A stretch of DNA of 64,000 nucleotides from Bacteroidales bacterium UBA1184 (GCA_002310235.1 DBYO01000049.1:31215-95214); one strand, 5' to 3'. Shown: positions 18,542-28,178, counted from the first letter of the stretch. Notes: generated by a model from the sequence alone, not told the origin. Numbers and translations are program-made.

Positions 18542-21500
18542 ATGATGAAAAAACTATATATAATAGCATTTGCAGTTTTGGTTGCCTTGTTTGCCACATG
18601 GGATGTTTCGGCGCAAGACAATACCAATGTTCTGCGTCATAATATAAATTATCATGTCGATTCGGTGGATATGTGGAACGGTAGTGCGGCTACGTTCTTA
18701 GATTTCGACTACAACTTGATTGATTTGTGTTTGGGTCCCGGATGTGAAACCGACCCGAGTGTGCATGAGGTAATCGGTACCGATTTGCTTGGAATACATT
18801 TCGATTTCAATATGTTTATGTATCTTAATTCGACATTCAGTATGCATGGATTCTCGAGTGGATATATAGGCGTGGATTATCCAGTTCAGATTACCCTCGA
18901 TTTTCCAGATCATAACGGATTCGATCACGGACAGACAGTCCCGATACATTCATCATATACTGTGCAGGATGGTTGGGCTCTCAATACACATTTCCCAACA
19001 GCAGGAACAATTGCTCTTGATCTCGAGTATGGTTTTGGCGCTGATCTATCTGTTTCTATAGAGGCTTTAGGTGGAGAGATTGGTGATCCGATTCAAATCA
19101 TTCCGAGTTTTTCTTTCCCACCCAATCCTCCATATACAACACCTGTTCCGCACGACTCAATTGCTGTTCTCTATCTTGATGCAGGTACGGGACAATACGC
19201 GTATCCGTGGATTGACGATAATGGAATGCCGGAAATCCATACTGGATTTTTAGGAAACGGAGATTCTTTAGTGATACAGATACCGGATGCCTTCGGTATA
19301 GGTATTACTGCAGATATAACAATCCCGTATGTTGAGACCGAAGATCGTCTGCAGGGGCAATGCTTGTATGCCGAAGGTCAGGACGACTGGTTTTACTTGC
19401 ATTGGAACTTGTTACAGTTTGTACGTTTCATCGGTAATTCCTTAGGTCATCCCGAAGTTGGCGAGATTGTTGACATCCTTGAGGGCGATGAATTGACATT
19501 CCCTATATATGATGACTATGTGATTACGGTTGAATATTATATATTGCATGCAACCCTGCAAATGACAATGGCTCTGGTGCAGGAATTTTCTTTTTGCCCG
19601 GAAATATCGGCTACAATGCGATTTGCAACACCATTGCCGTTCTTTGAGCGTGCTCAAAACGGCTCAATTGTTCAGCGTGGCCAGTCCGATGAAGTTACAT
19701 TTACAGTAAACAACGACCTTTATATAACGTATCCATGTTATGGATGGGATTCGCTACAAGTATATAATGTGGTATATAATATACATAGTGGATTTGTAAA
19801 TCATACCTATAATAATTTGCGCGTAGGACTCGACTTGCAGGTACTGCATTTGAGTGTTCACATTCCTGGCCTGAGTAGTTTGTTTAGTTTCGTTACTATC
19901 CCTGATTTTCAATTGCCAGATATCGAAGGCGGTTACGAGAATCCGTCCGATGCGTATGCTCAAGCATTCGAATTACCGGGCATTGATGTTGAAAGATATT
20001 CGGAGCAAACTCGTTCACGTGAGCCTGTGAGAGATATAGATTTCTGTATTCCTACTGATTGCGGAGCACTTATTGATGAATCTTTCAATCTGTTTGATGT
20101 CGATCTCGATTTCCTCGGGTTGGAGCGTGAATGGGATCTTCAATTCCCTGCCAATCAATACAACGTAACTTTCCTAGGTACATGGCTGCGTCCGCGTCCA
20201 CAACTTGGACTCAATGTGCAGACCTCAAATGTTATCTGTTACGGCGACGATTCGGGTGAGATTGCTGTTACAGCATTGAATGGAGCTCCAAATTATAGTT
20301 GGACGTATTCAGATGGTGTTAATGGTATTACTAACATAACCAATGTCCCTACTGATAATATAAATGTTCCTGCTGGATATTATTATATAACTCTTACAGA
20401 TGTTTACGGTTGTACTGCTGCTGGTGAGGCTAATATCCTCGAAGCCAATACTCCAATAGATAGTAGAACACGTGCCGAAAATGTGCTTTGCCACGGAGAT
20501 TCTACAGGTAATCTTTATGTAACTGTTTATGGCGGTGTGCCTCCGTATTCATATGTGTGGTCAAATAATGCTACTACCCAGAATGTATTTGGTGTTCCTG
20601 CTGGCACATATACTGTTACAATAACAGATTTTGTGGGTTGTGAGCATGAAGACCAGGTGGTTGTTACAGAGCCAGATGCAGTTCTTGAGATAACGGATGT
20701 GGACATTCAGCAAATATCATGTAATGGTATGCGTGATGGTTCTATCAATATATCAGTGTCGGGAGGAACTCCTTCGTACACGTACTATTGGTCTAATGGC
20801 GCTACCGTTCAGGATTTGCACAATGTGGCAGCAGGTTCATATACAGTTACAATAACCGATGCAAATGGTTGCTTCTTGATATCTACTTATGATATAGAGC
20901 AGCCAGAACAACTGGTGCTCTCTATTGAATCACGTGATGTTAGGTGTTATGCTGGTAATTCGGGAAGTATAGACCTTACAATAGAAGGAGGAACTGAACC
21001 TTATACTATTGAGTGGAGCAATCACGCGACATCAGAGGATTTGTCTGAACTTTATGCTGGTTTCTACATTGTAACCGTAACCGATGCCCATGGTTGCGTT
21101 GAGTATGCGATGGCAGAGATACGTCAGCCAGCACTTCCGCTTCATGCCGAAATTACACCTACTAATATAAGATGTTACGGCGAAGGAAATGGAGTTTGTG
21201 ATTTGAATGTGTTTGGTGGAACACCTCCTTATTATTATACATGGAATACTGGGGCAATTTCAGAAGATATATCGAATCTTGTTCCCGGATTCTATTCGGT
21301 TACTGTCGTTGATGAAAACGGATGTTCTTCTACTGATACCGCAAGCATTTATCAGTCGCCATCTCCACTTTCTGGTTATATATCTGGAACAGATGCTTCG
21401 TGTAACGGCTATTCCGATGGTAATGTGACGTTCATGGCTGATGGAGGCTACGAACCATATCATTACGAATGGTCTAATGGTTTATGGCAGCAGAATCTTG

Positions 21501-22840
21501 TTAACGTGCCAGCTGGAACTTACACCGTAACTGTTACCGATGCGAACTTCTGCCATGCTGAATTTACTTACGAAGTCAATGAGCCTGAGCCTTTCTTCTT
21601 GCAAATTATGGACGACTTTACAATATGTTATGGAATGACTACTCAGGTTGGACTGGGTATAGTTTCGGGCGGTGTGCCTCCATATACAATATTGTGGAGC
21701 AACGGTGAAAGCGGAATGTCAACAACGGTTACTCCATTGCAGACGACTACTTACTATGCTTCGGTAGTGGATGCTGCCAATTGCTCGAGTGCAGAAGCAG
21801 GTGTTACAGTTACTGTTAACCCACCATTGTCGGTTAATATAGAACTTATGTCGGATTCTGTCGTATGCCCTGGAAGCAGAGTGATGTTTAATGCCGAAAT
21901 ATCGGGTGGAGGCTTAAAGGAGAATGTCGTATATGTAAATGGTGATACTGTAACGATGCCGTATTCGCCAGTAGTCGAAGGCGATACATTGTTCAACTTT
22001 GTTGTGTACGATAATTGTCGCTACGATAGTATTGTAATACCTATTAATATTCGTACATACGAGGAATTGCCGCTCAATGTATCGAATGATATAGTAGAGG
22101 GATGTGCTCCTCTAACAGTTTCATTCTCAGAGAATACTCCGAATGTTGGACAGACTTATTTGTGGAATTTCGATGACGGTGATTTCGAGAATATGTCGTT
22201 TGCAAAGAGTCCAACACACACGTTCTACAATTCAGGAGTTTACAATGTTACCCTCGAGGTGTCCTCCGCTCACGGATGTAAGCGTGATACCACAGTTACT
22301 GTTACTGTATTCTCAATACCAGAAGCCGATTTCCGGGTTGATAGGGCAAATATATCTATGTCGAGCCCGATAGTCAACTTTACAAACTATTCGCATGGTG
22401 GCTTCTGGAACTCGTGGGATTTCGGAGATAACACCACATCAACTTCGTCGAGTCCTGTTCATGCATATACATTGCCTGGCGATTACCATGTTGTACTTAC
22501 GACAACTTCGTTGTATGGTTGCTCCGATACGGCTGGAGTAGATATTCAGGTAAGCAACGAGCATAATATTTTTGCTCCTACAGCATTTACTCCTAATGGC
22601 GATGAAATTAACGATACGTTCCGTATTTTCGGAAGTTCTATTGACCCATATACTTTCACCATTATTATTTACGACCGCTGGGGCGCTGTTCAGTTCAAGT
22701 CGTCGAATATGGAGGATGAGTGGGATGGAACCGATGGAACAAGGCCTTGTCCCGAAGGCTTATATACATGGCGAATATATTTCCGTGATATGTTTGGAAT
22801 AGACTATGAGAAAACAGGAACGGTGATGTTAATCCGATAA
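18542..22840 (+). CDS. Giant cell-surface protein with SprB repeats, PKD domains and a T9SS type-B C-terminal sorting domain
   Basis: Signal peptide MMKKLYIIAFAVLVALFATWDVSAQ. About 560 aa of unassigned N-terminal region precede six SprB-type repeats and two PKD-like units (EGCAPLTVSF.., WDFGDN..). The C-terminus FAPTAFTPNGDEINDTF...IYDRWG...GTVMLIR is the gliding-motility-associated C-terminal domain (TIGR04131 type). Confidence 0.85.
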   Translation: MMKKLYIIAFAVLVALFATWDVSAQDNTNVLRHNINYHVDSVDMWNGSAATFLDFDYNLIDLCLGPGCETDPSVHEVIGTDLLGIHFDFNMFMYLNSTFSMHGFSSGYIGVDYPVQITLDFPDHNGFDHGQTVPIHSSYTVQDGWALNTHFPTAGTIALDLEYGFGADLSVSIEALGGEIGDPIQIIPSFSFPPNPPYTTPVPHDSIAVLYLDAGTGQYAYPWIDDNGMPEIHTGFLGNGDSLVIQIPDAFGIGITADITIPYVETEDRLQGQCLYAEGQDDWFYLHWNLLQFVRFIGNSLGHPEVGEIVDILEGDELTFPIYDDYVITVEYYILHATLQMTMALVQEFSFCPEISATMRFATPLPFFERAQNGSIVQRGQSDEVTFTVNNDLYITYPCYGWDSLQVYNVVYNIHSGFVNHTYNNLRVGLDLQVLHLSVHIPGLSSLFSFVTIPDFQLPDIEGGYENPSDAYAQAFELPGIDVERYSEQTRSREPVRDIDFCIPTDCGALIDESFNLFDVDLDFLGLEREWDLQFPANQYNVTFLGTWLRPRPQLGLNVQTSNVICYGDDSGEIAVTALNGAPNYSWTYSDGVNGITNITNVPTDNINVPAGYYYITLTDVYGCTAAGEANILEANTPIDSRTRAENVLCHGDSTGNLYVTVYGGVPPYSYVWSNNATTQNVFGVPAGTYTVTITDFVGCEHEDQVVVTEPDAVLEITDVDIQQISCNGMRDGSINISVSGGTPSYTYYWSNGATVQDLHNVAAGSYTVTITDANGCFLISTYDIEQPEQLVLSIESRDVRCYAGNSGSIDLTIEGGTEPYTIEWSNHATSEDLSELYAGFYIVTVTDAHGCVEYAMAEIRQPALPLHAEITPTNIRCYGEGNGVCDLNVFGGTPPYYYTWNTGAISEDISNLVPGFYSVTVVDENGCSSTDTASIYQSPSPLSGYISGTDASCNGYSDGNVTFMADGGYEPYHYEWSNGLWQQNLVNVPAGTYTVTVTDANFCHAEFTYEVNEPEPFFLQIMDDFTICYGMTTQVGLGIVSGGVPPYTILWSNGESGMSTTVTPLQTTTYYASVVDAANCSSAEAGVTVTVNPPLSVNIELMSDSVVCPGSRVMFNAEISGGGLKENVVYVNGDTVTMPYSPVVEGDTLFNFVVYDNCRYDSIVIPINIRTYEELPLNVSNDIVEGCAPLTVSFSENTPNVGQTYLWNFDDGDFENMSFAKSPTHTFYNSGVYNVTLEVSSAHGCKRDTTVTVTVFSIPEADFRVDRANISMSSPIVNFTNYSHGGFWNSWDFGDNTTSTSSSPVHAYTLPGDYHVVLTTTSLYGCSDTAGVDIQVSNEHNIFAPTAFTPNGDEINDTFRIFGSSIDPYTFTIIIYDRWGAVQFKSSNMEDEWDGTDGTRPCPEGLYTWRIYFRDMFGIDYEKTGTVMLIR
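20228..21590 (+). repeat. Coding tandem array of six SprB-type repeats (about 225-250 bp each)
   Basis: Units begin NVICYGDDSG, NVLCHGDSTG, QISCNGMRDG, DVRCYAGNSG, NIRCYGEGNG and DASCNGYSDG. Each contains GG.PPY.Y.W and G.Y.VTV.D..GC. Confidence 0.75.
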
Positions 22841-22850
22841 AATGAAAAAA

Positions 22851-22884
22851 AGCGATGCAAGATAATTTTTGTATCGCTTTTTTG
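22851..22884 (+). terminator. Intrinsic terminator after adhesin A
   Basis: Stem AGCGAT..ATCGCT with a large loop, followed by TTTTTTG. Confidence 0.55.
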
Positions 22885-22925
22885 TTTATATTTATGCCAT
22901 CAAACTTTTAAAATAAATTTATAAT

Positions 22926-24227
22926 ATGGATAACAGACTCCCTTTGATTCAAGAAGCCGACCTTAAAGGCAAAATCGTACTCGTAAGAGTTGACCATAAC
23001 GTAGTTAAGTCGGGTGTTATACACGACCCATACAGAATAGATGCAACTTTTGGCACTTTGTTCTACATACTTTCAAAAGGTGGAAAGATAATACTTATGA
23101 CCCACGTCGGTCGTCCAAAGGACAAGAAGACTGGCAAGATTACGATTGATGCAAAGACATCTGTACAGCCAATAGTCGATTATTTAGAGGACAAGTTGCA
23201 CATTAAGATAGAAGTTCCAGATTTCTATTCTCATGAAGATAATGGTTATCTCAGCATTGAGACCAATGTAAACCATAGCATACGCCGTTTGCGCAACCAC
23301 GATGTCGATATGATATATTTGCCGAATACCCGTTGGTTTACTGGCGAGGAGGCAAAAGGTGAGGAGCAGGACCGTTTTGCAAACCAGCTTGCAGGTTTGG
23401 CCGACATTTATGTAAACGACGCATTCGGTAGCTGGCAGGCACATGCTTCAACAGTTGGTGTTACAAAGTACTTGCCGTCGTATGCAGGTTTCTTGATGCA
23501 GCGCGAAATCGAGAACTTGAACCGTATTTTCGAGGCTGAAAGCCCCTTTGTCGCTGTCGTTGCCGGTAGTAAGTTCGATACAAAGATCGATTCCTTGTAT
23601 GCACTGCTGAAGAAGGCTGACAAGTTGGTGCTTGGTGGTGTAATTTACAATGCATACCTATGTGCAAAATATGGTTTCAAGATCAAGGGCGTGGAGGAAG
23701 ACGATGTAAAACTAGCAAAGGAATTTGTGGATTTTGCACAGCAGTATCCAGGTAAGGTCGTTGAAATGCCTATTATCTGCGAATCGGATGTGTTTGGCGA
23801 AAGAATTGAAGGTAAATATAGAATCCACGATATACGCAAAGTTGCTCCTGGAACGGAATTCAATTGGGTTATGGACGTTGATCCGCGTTGCTACGATGAG
23901 CCAGAAATCATAGATGTTTTTCACTCGGCAAAGACTATCTTCGTAAATGCAGTTATGGGCTTTGTTCCTCATTTCAACGAAGGTACAATTGCTCTTGATA
24001 CCATTATCGACCAGAATCCACAGGCTGTAAAGCTTTATGGCGGTGGTGATACTATGCAGGAACTCAAGCGCTTGTTGCCTGGTCTGTACATCATGGCTCT
24101 TGATAGTAAGGACTACTACATATTTACTGGTGGTGGGGCCGTATTGAAGGCTATCGAGCAGAACTCGCACTTGGGTATTGCTCCTATAAAGGCACTTATA
24201 GAGAGCCGTAAGAAAGAAAACGAATAG
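22926..24227 (+). CDS. Phosphoglycerate kinase-family protein (divergent)
   Basis: PGK blocks are recognisable but altered: RVDHNVV, THVGRP, LPNTRWFTGEE, NDAFGSWQAHAST, GGGDT and FTGGGAVL. It is monocistronic, lying between two terminators. Confidence 0.75.
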   Translation: MDNRLPLIQEADLKGKIVLVRVDHNVVKSGVIHDPYRIDATFGTLFYILSKGGKIILMTHVGRPKDKKTGKITIDAKTSVQPIVDYLEDKLHIKIEVPDFYSHEDNGYLSIETNVNHSIRRLRNHDVDMIYLPNTRWFTGEEAKGEEQDRFANQLAGLADIYVNDAFGSWQAHASTVGVTKYLPSYAGFLMQREIENLNRIFEAESPFVAVVAGSKFDTKIDSLYALLKKADKLVLGGVIYNAYLCAKYGFKIKGVEEDDVKLAKEFVDFAQQYPGKVVEMPIICESDVFGERIEGKYRIHDIRKVAPGTEFNWVMDVDPRCYDEPEIIDVFHSAKTIFVNAVMGFVPHFNEGTIALDTIIDQNPQAVKLYGGGDTMQELKRLLPGLYIMALDSKDYYIFTGGGAVLKAIEQNSHLGIAPIKALIESRKKENE

Positions 24228-24246
24228 TTGTGAGTTAAATATTCAA

Positions 24247-24282
24247 GAAATGCCCGATTGAAAAGTCGGGCATTTCTTTTTT
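24247..24282 (+). terminator. Intrinsic terminator
   Basis: GAAATGCCCGA-TTGAAAAG-TCGGGCATTTC followed by TTTTTT. Confidence 0.85.
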
Positions 24283-24325
24283 GCAAACTTTTTTAAGTCA
24301 TATAATCAATTCTAAAAATAATTTT

Positions 24326-24333
24326 TATATTTG
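24326..24333 (+). promoter_or_regulatory. Candidate -7 promoter box (TATATTTG)
   Basis: This is the only TAnnTTTG match in the 350-bp gap before the 24577 gene. It implies a leader of roughly 235 nt. Confidence 0.35.
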
Positions 24334-24576
24334 CAGAAAATATTTGCTTTGATAATGAGGGGGATATGCATAGATAGGTTCGCATGTGTTTTTGTTTGTC
24401 CGCAATTAACTTGTGGTAAGGTTTGTAACTTGTTGGTAACCAATCGTTATTTCGGTACGGTTTTTAATTTTAAACCTTTCCCAGATAGCTGCATATACCA
24501 GCTTGTCGCGAAATCTTTTATTGCCTTCAAGATAGTAATTATTAATCTCATAAGTAAAATTTAAACCTTTTTAACA

Positions 24577-25869
24577 ATGAAAAGAACGTTATTCTTATTT
24601 TTAGCCATAGCTTCCTTGGTGGGAATGCTGGCTATTAGTGGTTGCAAGAAGAAGGAAACATTTACGGTTACCTTCAATTCTAATGGCGGCAGTGGTACAA
24701 TGGCTTCACAGACTTTTACCGAAGGCGAAGCACAAGCCCTTACTCGCAATGCCTTTATCTACGAAGGATTTACATTTAATGGTTGGAATACTGTACAAGA
24801 CGGCAGTGGAGTCTTATATTCCGACGGGCAGACCATAACCGCTACTGCCGATATGACCTTGTATGCGCAGTGGACAAGCAATGGCACAAATCCAACACCG
24901 CAGCCTGGCAATACCGTAACGGTAACCTTCGATGCCAACGGTGGCACCGGTGAAATGTCACCGCAAACATTTACAATAGGTACTCCGCAGGCATTGTCGT
25001 CTAATATGTTTACACGCGAAGGTTACAACTATGTGAATTGGAATACTGCCGCCGATGGAACTGGCACAGCATATTCGGATTCACAGGTGGTGAGTCCGAC
25101 TGCCAGTATGACCCTTTATGCGCAATGGAATGTCATGTGCGGTTTTGATTCTAACGGGGCATCCAATGCTATGTTTTCTGTTGCAACAACCAAAGTTGTC
25201 AGGTTCTCTCGTGGCAACCTTCAGTATCAGGCAAGCACCAGTACTTGGCGCTTTGCAGAGAACCAATACGACATTGTCGGTGATGACAACTCCAGTATTT
25301 CAGCAACCAACACGGGCTGGATAGACCTATTCGGATGGGGTACTGGCAGCGATCCAACGAATGTAAGCATCAATAATGCTGACTATTCTAGTTTTACCGA
25401 CTGGGGAAGAAATGCAATTAGCAACGGTGGTGACCAGGCCGACTATTGGAGTACGCTTTCGATTGATGAATGGACCTACCTGATTGACAGCCGTCCAAAT
25501 GCCTCCTCGTTGGTTGGCAAGGCTACTGTAAATGGTGTTACTGGTCTTATCATACTGCCCGACAACTGGACCTTGCCTTCTGGATGCGCTTTTATTTCGG
25601 GGAAAGAAAATCCTTTCGGCACCAACACTTACACAATCGAGCAGTGGGCTAAAATGGAATTATCTAGTGCTGTTTTTCTCCCCTCCACTGGTGTACGAAT
25701 GGGGGCGGACGTGTTTAGTGTAGGTATCAGTGGCGGTTATTGGTCTTCGTCGGCTCCAAGTGCTACAATTGCATTTTTCCTCGCCATCATGGACAGCGAT
25801 TCAAGCCTTGGCAGCGACTCCAAATACTACGGACAATCTGTACGTCTGGTGCATGTAGTGCAGAATTAA
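24577..25869 (+). CDS. Lipoprotein with two Listeria/Bacteroides (InlB B-type) repeats and an unassigned C-terminal domain
   Basis: Lipobox LAISGC. There are two units of about 80 aa (FTVTFNSNGGSGTM..FTFNGWNT..DGSG..Y....MTLYAQW, and a second unit VTVTFDANGGTGEM..). The C-terminal half has GNLQYQAS..WRFAENQYD, GWIDLFGWGTG and GGYWSSS motifs. Confidence 0.75.
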   Translation: MKRTLFLFLAIASLVGMLAISGCKKKETFTVTFNSNGGSGTMASQTFTEGEAQALTRNAFIYEGFTFNGWNTVQDGSGVLYSDGQTITATADMTLYAQWTSNGTNPTPQPGNTVTVTFDANGGTGEMSPQTFTIGTPQALSSNMFTREGYNYVNWNTAADGTGTAYSDSQVVSPTASMTLYAQWNVMCGFDSNGASNAMFSVATTKVVRFSRGNLQYQASTSTWRFAENQYDIVGDDNSSISATNTGWIDLFGWGTGSDPTNVSINNADYSSFTDWGRNAISNGGDQADYWSTLSIDEWTYLIDSRPNASSLVGKATVNGVTGLIILPDNWTLPSGCAFISGKENPFGTNTYTIEQWAKMELSSAVFLPSTGVRMGADVFSVGISGGYWSSSAPSATIAFFLAIMDSDSSLGSDSKYYGQSVRLVHVVQN

Positions 25870-25900
25870 CAGTTTTCTGGTCTTCTAAATGATATCATAC

Positions 25901-25930
25901 AAAAAAAGCCCGAATGTTCGGGCTTTTTTT
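25901..25930. terminator. Bidirectional intrinsic terminator between convergent genes
   Basis: AAAAAAAGCCCGAA-TGT-TCGGGCTTTTTTT; A and T tracts flank a GC-rich stem. Confidence 0.85.
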
Positions 25931-25948
25931 GTATGCATTGTTGTTTCC

Positions 25949-28069
25949 TTATTTCAAACCTCTGTTCTTCAGCAGCGGTTCGATTGACGGTTCCTGTCCA
26001 CGGAAACGCTTGTAGAGAACCATTGCATCTTCGGTGTTACCGTTCTGCAGGACATTGTAGCGGAATGCATCAGCGGTCTTCTTGTCGAAAACACCGTTTT
26101 CCTTGAAGGCCTCGAAGGCATCGTTGTCGAGGACTGCTGCCCAAGTGTAGCCGTAGTAGCCTGCGCTGTATCCGCCAGAGAATACGTGCTGGAAGTAGGT
26201 GCTTCTGTAGCGCGAAATAATTTCAGGAATCAAGCCAATTTTCTGCATTTCTGCATCTTCGAAATCGGGAAGCTTGATTTCGGTTGGCTCGCTGATGTTG
26301 GCGTAAGCCATATCGAGCAACGAAGCGGCAATGAGTTCGGTGTTGATGAAGCCCTGACCGTAGGTCGAAGCTGCTTCAATCTTGTTGATGAGCGAGTCGG
26401 GAATAACTTCGCCAGTCTTGTAGTGCTTAGCGTACATCTTCATGACTTCTGGATAGCCAGCCCACTGTTCCATAACCTGTGATGGCAGTTCAACAAAGTC
26501 GCGCGATACGTTTGTTCCCGACAGCGACTCGTAGCGGCAATCGGTAAGAATGCTGTGAAGTGCGTGTCCGAACTCGTGGAATAGGGTAGAGGTCTCGTCG
26601 AAGTTGAGTAGCGATGGTTTGTCGCCCGACGGCTTTGTGAAATTCAGTACCAATGATACTAAAGGTATGATTTTCTTGCCGTCCTTTGTGTACGACTGTT
26701 CGCGGAAGTTGGTCATCCATGCGCCGCTACGCTTGCTTTCGCGTGGGAAGAAGTCCATGTAAAGTATTGCGATAACATTTTCATTTTCGGTAACTTCGTA
26801 AACAACAGCATCTGGATGATAAACTGGAATATCCTTGTTTTCGCGGAATTCGATTCCATAAAGCTTGTTGGCAACCATGAACATTCCGTCGCGAACATTT
26901 TCGAGTGAGAAATAGGGACGAATGACATCGTCATCGAGGTCGTATTTCTGCTTGCGGAGAGTTTCGCAGTAGTAGCGCCAGTCGTAAGGTTCGAGCTTGA
27001 AGTTTCCGCCTTCAGCGTCAATCATCTTCTGGTATTCTGCAGCTTCTTCCTTTGCCTTTGCAAGAGCCGGAGTCCATACCTGCATCAGCAGTTCGTCAAC
27101 AGCTTCTGGTGTTTTTGCCATGTTGTCGTCGAGGACGTATGCAGCGTGCGACTTGTAACCGAGAATGTTAGCCTTTTCCAAGCGAAGGTTTACAATTTCG
27201 TTGATGATTGCCCTGTTGTCGGTTTCGCCCGATGTGCAACGGGTTGAGTATGCAGTCCAGAGTTCCTTGCGGAGTTCACGGTCCTTGCAGTTCATCAGGA
27301 ACGGCTCCATGCTCGGCAGGTGGATTGTGAAGACGTATTTTCCTTTGGTTTCGTCCGATTCGTTGCCGAGTTCAAGAGCTGCGGCAAGCTGACCTTCGGT
27401 GCAACCTTCAAGACGAGCAACATCGTCAACTACAAGTTTGTAGTCGTTGGTAGCCTTAAGCACATTATTGCCGAACTTCATTGTGAGAAGCGACAGTTTT
27501 TCGTTGATTTCGCGGAAACGAGCCTGCTTTTCGGCTGGAACATTTGCACCGCCACGAACAAAACCCTTGTAGGTTTCTTCGAGCAGACGCATCTGTACTG
27601 GCTCGAGGTTGAGCGACTCGCGCTGGTCGTAAACAGCCTTAATGCGCTCGAACAATTTGGCATTGAGGCTTATGTCGTCGCCATGTTGCGAAAGTTTCGG
27701 AAGAATTTCCTCGGAAATTTGTTCCATCTCGGGCGAATTTATGCATTCGGCAAGGTTGAAGAAGAGGTTTTCGACTCTTCTCAGCAGAGCGCCGCTTTCC
27801 TCAAGAGCCTCTATTGTATTCTCGAAGGTCGGAGCATCTGGATTGTTGACAATAGCATCTATTTCTTCCTTGTTAACTTTCATTGCTTCCTCGAAAGCGG
27901 GAATGTAGTGTTCGGTCTTGATTTTGTCAAACGGCGGAACGCCATATTCGGTTGTCCATTCTTGCAAGAGCGGATTGTCCTGCATCTCTTCTGTTTCTGT
28001 CTTCTTGTTGCACGAACTTACCATAATTAATAGTGTTAATGCTGTTAAAATTAAAGTGTTCTTTTTCAT
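25949..28069 (-). CDS. dcp: M3-family peptidyl-dipeptidase (Dcp-like), lipoprotein
   Basis: Re-anchored to ATG 28069 (MKKNTLILTALTLLIMVSSC lipobox). The HEFGH zinc motif (LFHEFGHALH) is present, and length and overall pattern fit M3A. Confidence 0.9.
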   Translation of the reverse strand: MKKNTLILTALTLLIMVSSCNKKTETEEMQDNPLLQEWTTEYGVPPFDKIKTEHYIPAFEEAMKVNKEEIDAIVNNPDAPTFENTIEALEESGALLRRVENLFFNLAECINSPEMEQISEEILPKLSQHGDDISLNAKLFERIKAVYDQRESLNLEPVQMRLLEETYKGFVRGGANVPAEKQARFREINEKLSLLTMKFGNNVLKATNDYKLVVDDVARLEGCTEGQLAAALELGNESDETKGKYVFTIHLPSMEPFLMNCKDRELRKELWTAYSTRCTSGETDNRAIINEIVNLRLEKANILGYKSHAAYVLDDNMAKTPEAVDELLMQVWTPALAKAKEEAAEYQKMIDAEGGNFKLEPYDWRYYCETLRKQKYDLDDDVIRPYFSLENVRDGMFMVANKLYGIEFRENKDIPVYHPDAVVYEVTENENVIAILYMDFFPRESKRSGAWMTNFREQSYTKDGKKIIPLVSLVLNFTKPSGDKPSLLNFDETSTLFHEFGHALHSILTDCRYESLSGTNVSRDFVELPSQVMEQWAGYPEVMKMYAKHYKTGEVIPDSLINKIEAASTYGQGFINTELIAASLLDMAYANISEPTEIKLPDFEDAEMQKIGLIPEIISRYRSTYFQHVFSGGYSAGYYGYTWAAVLDNDAFEAFKENGVFDKKTADAFRYNVLQNGNTEDAMVLYKRFRGQEPSIEPLLKNRGLK

Positions 28070-28178
28070 TTGTGTAAATTTTTGTGTGAGCAAATATAAT
28101 TGATAAATGGCAATTGACAATGATTGTTTTGTGATTTGATTTTTTGTAGCGAAGCAAAAAATTACGTCTGTTCAAACT

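Noticed and set aside
20228-21590. A periodicity of about 227 bp that could be mistaken for a CRISPR-like or satellite array.
   Set aside because: The period is in frame within a 4.3-kb ORF and corresponds to protein-level SprB repeats. The units are diverged at the DNA level and have no spacer/repeat structure.
27320-28030. Long antisense ORFs inside well-supported genes. Examples are the 236-aa ORF opposite dcp, and also 3446-3988, 23712-24170, 30019-30477, 33127-33567, 50977-51513, 52237-52824 and 53493-53948.
   Set aside because: Each lies fully inside a gene with strong motif support on the other strand. Their translations are low-complexity or Cys/Arg/Ser-rich with no recognisable motifs, which is typical of shadow ORFs.
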